In this document: piece by piece, positions 37,783 to 46,769 of the stretch
How the letters are laid out: every line of letters starts with the position of its first letter
Numbering within the stretch: position 1 is the first letter of the stretch
Source: Alphaproteobacteria bacterium
GTDB taxonomy: Bacteria > Pseudomonadota > Alphaproteobacteria > GM7ARS4 > G965262615
Direction: 5' to 3'
Assembly (NCBI GenBank): GCA_965262615.1
Contig: OZ253545.1
Span: forward strand, 320,001 to 384,000
Length of the DNA: 64,000 nucleotides
Made by a program: the position numbers and the translations under genes
The notes under the pieces: model-generated
What the model was told of the DNA's origin: nothing
Databases searched by the model: none
Seen by the model: only the letters and a program-made list of their open reading frames with translations

Positions 37783-38775
37783 CTATGCCCACTCTAATTC
37801 TCTGAAGGCATTGATGGCGTTGCGTCCGTTGTAGAGGTCAAAAAGCAGCCATTGATCTTTTTGTGTGCTGGCGGCGGTCTCGGCGGCTTGCTGAATGTCG
37901 CCTCCCTCATTGAGGATGCGTTTGATGTCACTCTCCAACACGCTGAAATAGCCGTCCAAGCGATCGATGAGTTCATCGGAATCCGTTCGGGTGGTGGCAT
38001 TTCCATGTCCTGGAATGATCATGGCGTGTTGACGCTGTTTGATTTCTTGCAGCACGCGCCGCCATCCCAGCAAAGAGCCTGCCAAAATGGGAATACGCTC
38101 ATCAAACAATAAATCACTGGCGATGAAGCTATCGGTTTTTTCATCAAGGACGGTGACATCGTTATTGGTATGAGCGGTGGGCCAAGCCTCCAGACGCACG
38201 GTGCGTCCGCCCAAATCAAGAGAGACAGGCTGAGCTTCGGTGATGATGCGGGTCGGTCGCACCAGCTGTGCCCCTTTGGCGGCATCACCAATCTCATTGC
38301 TCAGACCTTCCAAATAGTAAGGACCAATATGTTCCATCTGTGCGGTGTAATTGGCGTGAGCCCACACAGTGATGTCCTTGTTATGATGAGTGAAGACAGA
38401 CGCGCCAAAAATATGGTCTGGATGCAGATGAGTCAAAATAAGATGTTTGATGGGTTTGTCGGTGGTGTCATGAATGGCTTGCAGCAATTGTTCTCCCAAT
38501 GCCACTGAGTGACCTGAATCAACGACAGCCACTTCATTGTCACCCACAATAAATCCGAACACCGACATATCGCCGCCATTTTCGGGGCTGGGTGCTTGTT
38601 GTAATCCCACATGGGTATGGATGCCATCATTGACTTGTTGCACGAAAGAATTGTTGTCCATGGTTGTGTTTCTCCTCTGTTGTGCCGTTGCCGCCTGCGG
38701 AAGAAGCCATTTTTGCAAAAAAGGCATAGCCATCACAAAAGATGATATCCAATAAAGAAAGCCGCGACGATGCAT
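37783..38775 (-). CDS. Quinoprotein relay system zinc metallohydrolase (SoxH-like MBL fold), Tat-exported
   Basis: MHRRGFL Tat motif, THLHPDHIFG, AHTNND, IPGHG; adjacent to the SoxYZ-like gene. Confidence 0.87.
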   Translation of the reverse strand: MHRRGFLYWISSFVMAMPFLQKWLLPQAATAQQRRNTTMDNNSFVQQVNDGIHTHVGLQQAPSPENGGDMSVFGFIVGDNEVAVVDSGHSVALGEQLLQAIHDTTDKPIKHLILTHLHPDHIFGASVFTHHNKDITVWAHANYTAQMEHIGPYYLEGLSNEIGDAAKGAQLVRPTRIITEAQPVSLDLGGRTVRLEAWPTAHTNNDVTVLDEKTDSFIASDLLFDERIPILAGSLLGWRRVLQEIKQRQHAMIIPGHGNATTRTDSDELIDRLDGYFSVLESDIKRILNEGGDIQQAAETAASTQKDQWLLFDLYNGRNAINAFRELEWA

Positions 38776-38854
38776 GATCAAACTCCTGCCCGTGAGTATA
38801 GTACATTTTTGCCATCTTGACACCCCTCATATCGTCATATCATAACTCATTGTC

Positions 38855-39907
38855 ATGACGGGAAATTCTGCCATACAGCCTTTGACGCACAATAAGCGGG
38901 TGGTGGTTTTTGGCGGCAGTGGCTTCATCGGACGCGCCATTGTGCGTCAGCTTTTGGATTTGAATTATGGCGTGCGGGTGATGTCTCGTGATGTGACTCG
39001 CGTGACGCGCCATGCGATGGAAGGTCAGGTGGGACAATTGGCGTATGTTGCGGGGGATATCACCCGCGACGAGGATGTCGCACGCGCCATGGCGGGAATG
39101 GACATGGTGGTCAATTGCGTGGGGATTCTTAATGAACCTTGGTGGACGCGCGTGAAGGCTGAGGGCAGTCAGTTTGAGGCGATTCATCATCAGGCGGCGG
39201 CGCGTATTGCGCGCGAGGCGGCGGCACAATCGGTGCAATCATTGGTGCATGTGTCGGCATTGGGGGCGGCGGTGAATTCTCCATCTCACTATGGGGCATC
39301 CAAAGCGCGTGGGGAGAGGGCGGTGTTGCGTTCTTTTGAGGGCGCGGTGATTGTGCGTCCATCGGTGGTGTTTGGAACGGGGGATGGATTCATCAATCTG
39401 TTTGCTCGCATGGCTCGTTGGATGATGATTGTGCCGGTTTTTGGCGAATCGCTGTCGGCTTTGTGGCGGGCGGATGCGCGCGGCGGTGCATCAATGCAGC
39501 CGATTTTTGTGGAGGATCTCGCCACAGGCATTGTGCAATTGCTGCATGATGAAAAGCGGCGCGGCTCAATCATTGAGGCGGTGGGGGTGGATGTGTGTGA
39601 CATGCGCACCATCATGCAGTGGATTGTGACAACCCTGGGTGTCAGGCGGTGGTTGATGCCGTGTCCTCATTGGGTGCTATGGGTGATGGGACGGGTGGGC
39701 TCATATGTGCCGTTCTCGCCGTTCACAAAGGAGCAGGCACTGATGCTCAGACACGATGCCGTTGCCACAAATCACTATGAATCCCTTCAGGAGTGTGGTG
39801 TTCAGCTTCATCAGGCGGAAGAATTGATGCGTCAACAGCTGCGAAATCGGTTTATGGCTTACAAAAAAACTAAGGGAACTACATACAATGTTACACATGA
39901 TGAATAA
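38855..39907 (+). CDS. Complex I NDUFA9-family NAD-dependent epimerase/SDR
   Basis: VFGGSGFIG, VVNCVGIL, HVSALGA, Y..SK..GE, RPSVVFG; the last 10 codons derive from the inserted element. Confidence 0.9.
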   Translation: MTGNSAIQPLTHNKRVVVFGGSGFIGRAIVRQLLDLNYGVRVMSRDVTRVTRHAMEGQVGQLAYVAGDITRDEDVARAMAGMDMVVNCVGILNEPWWTRVKAEGSQFEAIHHQAAARIAREAAAQSVQSLVHVSALGAAVNSPSHYGASKARGERAVLRSFEGAVIVRPSVVFGTGDGFINLFARMARWMMIVPVFGESLSALWRADARGGASMQPIFVEDLATGIVQLLHDEKRRGSIIEAVGVDVCDMRTIMQWIVTTLGVRRWLMPCPHWVLWVMGRVGSYVPFSPFTKEQALMLRHDAVATNHYESLQECGVQLHQAEELMRQQLRNRFMAYKKTKGTTYNVTHDE

Positions 39908-40075
39908 TCATTCGCCCACATTGCCATCGCCGTCTTTTTCATATTGCCACCCGCCCCGTTTCTTTGGCTTTGTCCTCACAACAATAGCCGCAACTTTGGC
40001 GGGGGTGGCTTCATTGCACAAGGGCGGTATCACCCGTTCGGGTGGTCTGCCCATTTCCTTTTTGTCATTGGTCAT
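39908..40075 (-). CDS. 55-aa small ORF within the IS1595-like element
   Basis: Not in ORF track: MTNDKKEMGRPPERVIPPLCNEATPAKVAAIVVRTKPKKRGGWQYEKDGDGNVGE, with GGAG 9 nt upstream. Confidence 0.6.
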   Translation of the reverse strand: MTNDKKEMGRPPERVIPPLCNEATPAKVAAIVVRTKPKKRGGWQYEKDGDGNVGE

Positions 40076-40087
40076 CGTGTAATACTC

Positions 40088-40378
40088 CTATGGCAGTTTT
40101 TTCGGGTCTTTTACCACCCTGCGAATTCTACGGTCTTTGATCATCTTGCGTCTTTTCGCAATCCCCTCTTTCAAGGGGAAGTCAAGGCATAGCCCACATG
40201 ATTGAGCATGAGCCATCGTAGCCAAGAAACTATGCGTGTATGGCGGCGGCTCACCATCTATCAAGATGATGTCCGCATTTTTACCCTTACACAAAATCCG
40301 CCTTTTTAATGCTATCATGTCGGGCGGGTCATTCGGTCTTATAGGGGATTGTTTAGGTGTCCATTCATAGAGGCTCAT
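40088..40378 (-). CDS. Hypothetical passenger protein in the IS1595-like element
   Basis: 96-aa ORF co-oriented between the transposase fragment and the 55-aa ORF; no recognised motif. Confidence 0.45.
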   Translation of the reverse strand: MSLYEWTPKQSPIRPNDPPDMIALKRRILCKGKNADIILIDGEPPPYTHSFLATMAHAQSCGLCLDFPLKEGIAKRRKMIKDRRIRRVVKDPKKLP

Positions 40379-40415
40379 AATTACGCCCTGCCCTTTTTGT
40401 GTTCTTTGTCGGTCA

Positions 40416-40585
40416 TCATGCCACCAAGTCTTTGTAGCGTAACCTTTTACCTTTCATATCGCTAGCCACCGATTCCATCTGTGTGATGGTGTCTTGCTTG
40501 CGGGTGTTATGCCGTCCAGCAAATTCATTGACATAGCGGGCAAGATGCTTACGGCTCATGCTATGATGCGTTCCATAGTATCCCC
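40416..40585 (-). pseudogene. IS1595-family (ISXO2-like) transposase C-terminal fragment
   Basis: Manual translation GYYGTHHSMSRKHLARYVNEFAGRHNTRKQDTITQMESVASDMKGKRLRYKDLVA*. Confidence 0.88.
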
Positions 40586-40589
40586 AAAA

Positions 40590-42701
40590 CTAAAAAAGAG
40601 ACAATAGCCGCTTGAAATAATTATGAGTCTCTTCATCCACATCTTCCAATTGAGAGTGCAGATAGGAGGTGATGCGACTTTGCTCACTGTGCTCTTTGTC
40701 TTGCAGCAGTGAAACATCGTCATTGTTTTGATGTTTTTCGTTCCATCCCAGTCCTTTGAGTTTTTTGCCGCTTTGAGTCTGTTGGGGTTGGCTTTGTTGC
40801 TGATTGTGCTGCCGCAGCGAGCGGAGCAGTGCCAGCAGAGCCAGTTCTTGATGGGAGGTGGCTTCTTGTCGCTGCTGTCGCCGTAGGGATTGCTCTGCTG
40901 CCGACATTGATTCTTGGGCTCTTTGTTGCGGCTCTGCGGTGAGAGGAGGCAGTTGTTCCAATTGGGTGCGCAATTGCTGTTGCAGCTGTGCCAGTTGCTC
41001 TGAGGGCATGATATTCTTGTTGGTGTCGTTGAGAAGTTTTTTTTGTCTCTGAATGAGCTCTTGCAATTGGTCGTGATGGCGTTGCTGAGCCTCAGCAAAA
41101 TCTTGTTGAGCTTGTTGTTTTTTCATTTTTTCAAGCCACTGCGAGAGCAATTCTTTGGCTTGTTCGTGCGCGCCTTGGGAAAGCAATTGTTGAGATCGTT
41201 CAATATCATTTTTTGCCTGTTGTTGATCATCGGGCAGGGCGCGCTGAATTTGCTCCAGCGTTTCGCGAATCTCGGCAAGGGTGTCGTCATGAAGAGATGG
41301 TGGCTGTTCTAATTGCGTTTCTAGTTGTTGCAGAAGGGCGGTCATGTTTTGTCCATCTAAGATAAGGGCGGCGTACCACAGGGCGGCGGATGTTTGTGAG
41401 GGATCGGCAAGGGCGATGGCAACATGCACACGAGCACCATCATCGGAAATGGATTCCATGATGGTGACCAGACGCTTGGTGGGAGGATTGTGTCCTAAGA
41501 GGAATTTTTTGCGCCACGCGATTAAAGCGCGCGCATGGTCATTATAAAAGACCCGTTCGGGCAAAATGAGAGTGATGGGCTCACTGTGTGTTTGGTGTCC
41601 GTATCCATCCTGTGCTGCGAGGTGAATCATGACCGTCTCACCAGCAAAAGGATGGGGTGTCAGGTCGCGCGTGAAGACCGATTCAATGACGGTGGCATCT
41701 TGTTGCAATGTGGCATTGAGGGAGATGTCATCGGACAAGCCACTGAGATGGGTGAGACGCATGGCGGCTTGGGTGATGCCATAGTCATCCACCATGGCGT
41801 AGGGCAGAGATTGAATATAGCCTTGTTTTTCGCCTGTGGCGATGTGGGCGATGGGATTTTTATCGCGAATGGGGGCAAGAGGAATCGTCCAGGCGCGTCC
41901 TTCATGAAAAAAATGAATCTGGCGAGCATCCACAGGCAGAGGAAAGGCGATGCGATACCCATCCTGACGACTGCCGCCCACGGGCACGGCGTGTTGATTC
42001 AAACGCAACGATGGCTTGTGCCACGAGGGCTCTGTCTCTATTTGCAGCAGGCTTTGTTCGGGGAACATCACCACCTGTCGGTGATTGAGGTCAATATCAA
42101 AAGGCAGTTGGCGGGTATAGGAAGGCGGAACAACACGCCACGCTCCATTGTAAGGGAGCGGTTCGGGCGTGATATGGGCATGCAAATGGGGCAACATGAG
42201 CACCAGCATGGCGATGGCGGCTGTAGAGAAGAGAGCAGCCGGTATAATTTTGCGAGCCGTATGTGTCATGATGGCACACCAGCGAGAAAAAGAAATCGTG
42301 GCAAGGGCAAGGCGAGCACGGTGTTGATGCTTGTGCCAGGCATGGGTGTGTCGTCGCCCCCCGTGACTGACGGGTGAATCTCGCAAGCTGCGCAATGGCG
42401 CGTGCGGCAATGCCCCCCATTTTTCCAAAAGGGCAAACTGGCGTTCTTTGTCATAACGCCACGCAGGCAATGACACAGAGCGCAGACACCATAAAAAAGC
42501 CAGCAGTGAGGCAGAAACGGTGACAAAAAACAAAAATCGCTTTGAAAGAATCTGATTATCGCTGTCTATCAAGGTGAGTGCCGTGACGGCAAGCACAACC
42601 AACCATAAGGGAGCAAAGGCGCGCAGCACCATATAGCCAAAGGTGAGCCATTGCATGAGGGTGGCAAGAATGTGGCACAGAACAATCATGATGCGAGCCA
42701 C
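40590..42701 (-). CDS. DUF4175/TIGR02302-family membrane coiled-coil protein
   Basis: N-terminal TMs, PPSYT, DDYG, DLTPHPFAG, LPERVF, Q-rich coil, YFKRLL end; downstream of lysA. Confidence 0.82.
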   Translation of the reverse strand: MARIMIVLCHILATLMQWLTFGYMVLRAFAPLWLVVLAVTALTLIDSDNQILSKRFLFFVTVSASLLAFLWCLRSVSLPAWRYDKERQFALLEKWGALPHAPLRSLRDSPVSHGGRRHTHAWHKHQHRARLALATISFSRWCAIMTHTARKIIPAALFSTAAIAMLVLMLPHLHAHITPEPLPYNGAWRVVPPSYTRQLPFDIDLNHRQVVMFPEQSLLQIETEPSWHKPSLRLNQHAVPVGGSRQDGYRIAFPLPVDARQIHFFHEGRAWTIPLAPIRDKNPIAHIATGEKQGYIQSLPYAMVDDYGITQAAMRLTHLSGLSDDISLNATLQQDATVIESVFTRDLTPHPFAGETVMIHLAAQDGYGHQTHSEPITLILPERVFYNDHARALIAWRKKFLLGHNPPTKRLVTIMESISDDGARVHVAIALADPSQTSAALWYAALILDGQNMTALLQQLETQLEQPPSLHDDTLAEIRETLEQIQRALPDDQQQAKNDIERSQQLLSQGAHEQAKELLSQWLEKMKKQQAQQDFAEAQQRHHDQLQELIQRQKKLLNDTNKNIMPSEQLAQLQQQLRTQLEQLPPLTAEPQQRAQESMSAAEQSLRRQQRQEATSHQELALLALLRSLRQHNQQQSQPQQTQSGKKLKGLGWNEKHQNNDDVSLLQDKEHSEQSRITSYLHSQLEDVDEETHNYFKRLLSLF

Positions 42702-43939
42702 GAGGGTATCTGTTCGCAGGTGAGCATATCCTGAACGGTCACGGATTTTTTTGAAATCGCCCAGTGATTTTTTTGGGCGCAGACCTCGCTCACAACAGGG
42801 CGCGCGTTGTAGGAAGATGCCATGACCGCGCCGTACGCCCCACTGTGCATAAAGGCAACATAGTCTCCAGCTTTGAGTTCTGGCAGGGTGACATCACGCA
42901 AGAAGGTGTCTGCCGATTCGCAAATGGGTCCCACCACATGGCATGACATGGTTTTTTGCGAGGGTGCATCAATGGTTTCAAGGGGATGGTGTCCATCATA
43001 GAGGGCGGGACGCAGCAAGTCATTCATGGCGGCATCCACAATGACAAAAGAGTGAGGACGCGCGTGTTTGATTCGCACCACGCGACTGACTAAAATTCCC
43101 GATGGCGCAGCAATGAAACGCCCTGGTTCTATGACAAAAGGGCGATCCATCACGGCACTGAGTTGGTGAGCATAGGCGGCAAGATCAATTTCTTGCTCAG
43201 TGGAACAGCCGATGCCGCCGCCCACATCAAATTGCGGGGATGCTGGCAGCGATTGATTCACCAGTTCTTTGTCCAGTGCCAGCAGTGCCCGTGCCGCCTC
43301 GCCATACAGTTCGGATGAAAAAATCTGTGAGCCAAGATGCACCGCCAAGCCACGCCATTGCAGATACTCATGGTCGGCAATCAGACGACACAAGGAGGGG
43401 ATGAGCTCAGGCGCGATGCCAAATTTGTCATCACGGCGGGCGGTGGCGATTTTATCGTGAGTGGGGGCGTGAATGTCTGGATTGACTCGCAGTGCCACCG
43501 CCGCGCGTTTTTTTTGTTGCGATGCGATTTCGGCAAGCGTGTGCAATTCTTCAGCGGACTCCACATTGAATTGACCAATGCCATGCTGCAGTGCGTTTGT
43601 GATTTCTTCGGCAGTTTTGCCGACACCCGAGAAGATGATGCGTTCGGGCTGAATGGCGGCACGCAGGCAGCGATGCATTTCGCCTGCAGAGACGATGTCG
43701 GCGTGGCACTGCAATGAAGACAGAGCTGCAAGACAGGGCAGATGTCCGTTGGCTTTGACGGCATAGGCAATGTGAGGCTGAATGGCATGAGACGCAAATG
43801 CCTCGCGCACCATGCGGTAGCGGTCGGCGAACGATGTGAGGCTATAGCAATAGAAAGGCGTTGGCAGCTGGCGTGCCATCTCCAGCAAGGAGACATCCTC
43901 CACATGGAGAATGCCGTTTTTGCGCTGAAAGCAGCTCAT
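42686..43939 (-). CDS. lysA: Diaminopimelate decarboxylase
   Basis: YAVKAN, FSGVGK, HLGSQ, EPGR, RPALY, GPICES, GAYG. Confidence 0.97.
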   Translation of the reverse strand: MSCFQRKNGILHVEDVSLLEMARQLPTPFYCYSLTSFADRYRMVREAFASHAIQPHIAYAVKANGHLPCLAALSSLQCHADIVSAGEMHRCLRAAIQPERIIFSGVGKTAEEITNALQHGIGQFNVESAEELHTLAEIASQQKKRAAVALRVNPDIHAPTHDKIATARRDDKFGIAPELIPSLCRLIADHEYLQWRGLAVHLGSQIFSSELYGEAARALLALDKELVNQSLPASPQFDVGGGIGCSTEQEIDLAAYAHQLSAVMDRPFVIEPGRFIAAPSGILVSRVVRIKHARPHSFVIVDAAMNDLLRPALYDGHHPLETIDAPSQKTMSCHVVGPICESADTFLRDVTLPELKAGDYVAFMHSGAYGAVMASSYNARPVVSEVCAQKNHWAISKKSVTVQDMLTCEQIPSWLAS

Positions 43940-44043
43940 TGCCATGTGTGATGGACATGCAAGGCGGACGGTATGGCGGGCGCGGCTTTCTTGCCGCATC
44001 CCACAAGGAGCACGCACACAAGCAAGGAAAGAATCAGTTTCAT
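43936..44043 (-). CDS. Small lipoprotein (LptM/LppL/YifL-like), now in frame with the argH ORF
   Basis: MKLILSLLVCVLLVGCGKKAAP lipobox; usual position between argH and lysA. Confidence 0.75.
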   Translation of the reverse strand: MKLILSLLVCVLLVGCGKKAAPAIPSALHVHHTWQ

Positions 44044-45462
44044 GTGAGGTGCCATTTTTTGCGCGCGGCTGTCACACCCGCTTTGACCTGCGAAGGCGCT
44101 CCCAGTTCCGCCGAGGCTGTTTTTACTCTTGATGGAACATTCCACAGACAAGGATTCAAGAAGTTTTTCATTGAGCAGGGGGCTGATGTCTGCGCGCTGT
44201 TTGGGCTTGAGTTCATGCAGTTGAATTCCATTGTCTTCGGCGACTTTAACCATGCGTCCCACAATATGATGCGCCTCGCGAAAGGGAATTTTGTGATGAT
44301 GAACGAGCCAATCGGCGGCATCGGTGGCGGTGGTATAGCCACGCTCGGCGGCGGCGCGCATGGTGTCCTTGTTGAAATGGCAGTGGTCAATCATTTGTGC
44401 CATCACCTGCAGGCACAGAGTCAATTGGTCGGCGGCGAAAAAAACGGGTTCTTTGTCTTCTTGCAGGTCTTTGTTGTAGGCAAGGGGCAGAGCCTTGAGA
44501 GTCATGAGCAATGATTGAAACGCGCCACACAGCGCGCCCGTTTTGCCTCTGATTAATTCCGCCGCATCGGGGTTGCGTTTTTGTGGCATGATGGAACTGC
44601 CCGTTGTCCATGAATCATCCAGCCGAACAAAGGCAAACGCGGGCGAATGCCACAACACAATCTCTTCGGCAAGAGACGAGAGATGAACGCCACAGATGGC
44701 AGCCGCGGAGAGAAAATCAAGGGCAAAATCTCGGTCGGAGACAGCGTCCAGAGCATTGCTCATGGGGGCATCAAATTGCAGCAGATTCGCCGTGAGGGCA
44801 CGGTCAATGGGGTAGGGTGTGCCCGCCAACGCCGCCGCGCCCAGAGGACATTCATTGAGTCGCTCTATGTTAGAGACAAATCGCAGGCGATCGCGTCCAA
44901 ATTTTTCAATGTAGGCGAGAAAATGATGTCCCAACAAAATGGCTTGGGCGTTTTGTAAATGGGTCATGCCGGGCAAAATGAGCTCGCCGTTTTTTTCAAT
45001 TTGTGCCAGCAGACTTTGTTGCAGCTGCGTGAGCAGAGCGATGAGATCGTGCGATTGCTGCCGCACCCATAGACGAAAATCGGTCGCCACTTGGTCATTG
45101 CGTGAGCGGGCGGTATGAAGGCGTCCTGCGATTTTGCCAATGCGTTCGGTGAGTGCCGCCTCAATGTTCATATGGACATCTTCCAGCTCTTCTCGCCACT
45201 CAAATTGTCCTTTGAGGATATCGTCACGAATGGAAATGAGTCCGTTTTCAATGGCGGTCGCATCCTCATGGGTGATAATTTTCTGCTTTGCCAGCATGGT
45301 GCAGTGGGCGATGGAGGCGGTGATATCCTCCAGTGCCAGACGCTGGTCAATCGCCACCGAGGCATTGATATGATTCATGAGTTCCGATGGCTTCGCGCCG
45401 AATCGCCCGCCCCACATGGCATGAGTCTGAGAATGACCGCGAGAATGTCTGGATGAATTCAT
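43936..45462 (-). CDS. argH: Argininosuccinate lyase (late frameshift extends the ORF through the lipoprotein gene)
   Basis: WGGRF, LHTARSRNDQV, GSSIMPQKRNPD, YNKDLQEDKE, PFREAH. Confidence 0.97.
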   Translation of the reverse strand: MNSSRHSRGHSQTHAMWGGRFGAKPSELMNHINASVAIDQRLALEDITASIAHCTMLAKQKIITHEDATAIENGLISIRDDILKGQFEWREELEDVHMNIEAALTERIGKIAGRLHTARSRNDQVATDFRLWVRQQSHDLIALLTQLQQSLLAQIEKNGELILPGMTHLQNAQAILLGHHFLAYIEKFGRDRLRFVSNIERLNECPLGAAALAGTPYPIDRALTANLLQFDAPMSNALDAVSDRDFALDFLSAAAICGVHLSSLAEEIVLWHSPAFAFVRLDDSWTTGSSIMPQKRNPDAAELIRGKTGALCGAFQSLLMTLKALPLAYNKDLQEDKEPVFFAADQLTLCLQVMAQMIDHCHFNKDTMRAAAERGYTTATDAADWLVHHHKIPFREAHHIVGRMVKVAEDNGIQLHELKPKQRADISPLLNEKLLESLSVECSIKSKNSLGGTGSAFAGQSGCDSRAQKMAPHMKLILSLLVCVLLVGCGKKAAPAIPSALHVHHTWQ

Positions 45463-45487
45463 GATTGTTCTCTATGATGGCGGGAGC

Positions 45488-46012
45488 ATGAAACATCATT
45501 ATGGTATCATAGCATTGGCGGGGGTGATAGTCCTTTGGTTTGTGGCGGGCGAGGACGAGTCATCGTTGACACCGTGCGTTCTTGAGGCATCCGATGCTTC
45601 TGTGTCCGTTGCCGCAATAAACGCTCGCACCGCCGATGGTGAGGCTGTGGTTTTGGGCGGGCGTGGACAAGCTGTGTTGCTTAATTTTTGGGCAAGTTGG
45701 TGCGCGCCGTGTGTTCATGAGCTGCCCGCCCTTGTCCAATTGATGGTGCGTCTTGAAGGTCAGCCCGTTGATTTTTTTGCCATATCTCAGGACGATGAGG
45801 AGCAGTCAGCGTTTTTGCGGGCGCGTGATTTAGAAGACTTGCCTGTTATTTATGATGATTACTTTCGTCTCGCCCGTCATTTTTCGGTTTCTCGTCTGCC
45901 GGTGACATTGCTCGTGCGCGACGGGCATCTTGTGTGGCGTTATGACGGGGCGTGTGATTGGGACGATGACACTGTTGCCGCCACCATTGTGCATCAGATT
46001 CAATCATCATGA
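45488..46012 (+). CDS. tlpA: TlpA-family thiol:disulfide oxidoreductase
   Basis: LLNFWASWCAPCVHELP, LPVT; divergent from argH. Confidence 0.9.
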   Translation: MKHHYGIIALAGVIVLWFVAGEDESSLTPCVLEASDASVSVAAINARTADGEAVVLGGRGQAVLLNFWASWCAPCVHELPALVQLMVRLEGQPVDFFAISQDDEEQSAFLRARDLEDLPVIYDDYFRLARHFSVSRLPVTLLVRDGHLVWRYDGACDWDDDTVAATIVHQIQSS

Positions 46013-46767
46013 TGAACATGGGTGATGTGATACCAGATGCGATGTTTGACGGCGGTGAGCAACAAGGCAAGGATAAAGACAAAGAACAATACTTTTGCCC
46101 CGAGGGTTTTGCGTTCTTCCAGATAGGGGTCTGCCGCCCATGAGAGGAAAGTCACCACATCATGAGACATTTGCCGCACCGTTGCGGGTGTGCCGTCTTG
46201 ATAATCAATGACTTGGTCGTCAATGGGCGGCGGCATGGCGATTTGATTGCCGCTAAAATAAATATTGTAATAGCGTCCTTCAAGAAGGGGAAAGTTTGGG
46301 GGTGCGGGTGTGTATCCTTGCAGCAGGGCTGCGACATAGTCACTGCCGCGAGGGTAGGCTTTGGTGATGAGAGAGAGGTCGGTGGGATACGCGCCGTTAT
46401 TGGCGGCGCGTGCGGCTTGATCATTGGCAAAGGGCTTGGCGAAATGATCGTTGGGCAGTGCGGGACGCTCAAACATTTCGCCTTCTTCATTGGGTCCATC
46501 GGTCACACGAAATTCGGCGGCGATGGCTTTGATGGCTTTTTCATCGTAGCCCAAAAGGGCAAGGTCTTGATAGCGCAGATGCTTCATCGTGTGGCAGGCG
46601 GAACACACTTCCAGATACACCTGCAAGCCTCGTTGAGCGGCATCATTCTCGTAGCCGCCGAATAATTTTTGAAATGACCAGTTATAAAAGGGCGGCACCA
46701 ATGGCTCTGCTGTCGCCGTGGGAAGCACAAAAAGAAAAGAAAAAAAGATGATGAGGGACGATCGCAT
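46000..46767 (-). CDS. petC: Cytochrome c1
   Basis: QRGLQVY.EVCSACH, IAMPPP, C-terminal TM. Confidence 0.97.
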   Translation of the reverse strand: MRSSLIIFFSFLFVLPTATAEPLVPPFYNWSFQKLFGGYENDAAQRGLQVYLEVCSACHTMKHLRYQDLALLGYDEKAIKAIAAEFRVTDGPNEEGEMFERPALPNDHFAKPFANDQAARAANNGAYPTDLSLITKAYPRGSDYVAALLQGYTPAPPNFPLLEGRYYNIYFSGNQIAMPPPIDDQVIDYQDGTPATVRQMSHDVVTFLSWAADPYLEERKTLGAKVLFFVFILALLLTAVKHRIWYHITHVHHDD

Positions 46768-46769
46768 GG

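Larger units (their letters stand above)
39874..40585 (-). mobile_element. Truncated/non-autonomous IS1595-family element (712 bp) with perfect 8-bp target duplication
   Basis: AAAACTAA at 39866-39873 and 40586-40593; end sequence GGGAACTACATA; contains a transposase C-terminal fragment and two small ORFs. Confidence 0.85.

Noticed and set aside
36850-38775. Sox thiosulfate oxidation pathway
   Set aside because: A fused YZ with internal GGCSAP plus this metallohydrolase is the quinoprotein-associated paralogue; no soxABCDX in the window.
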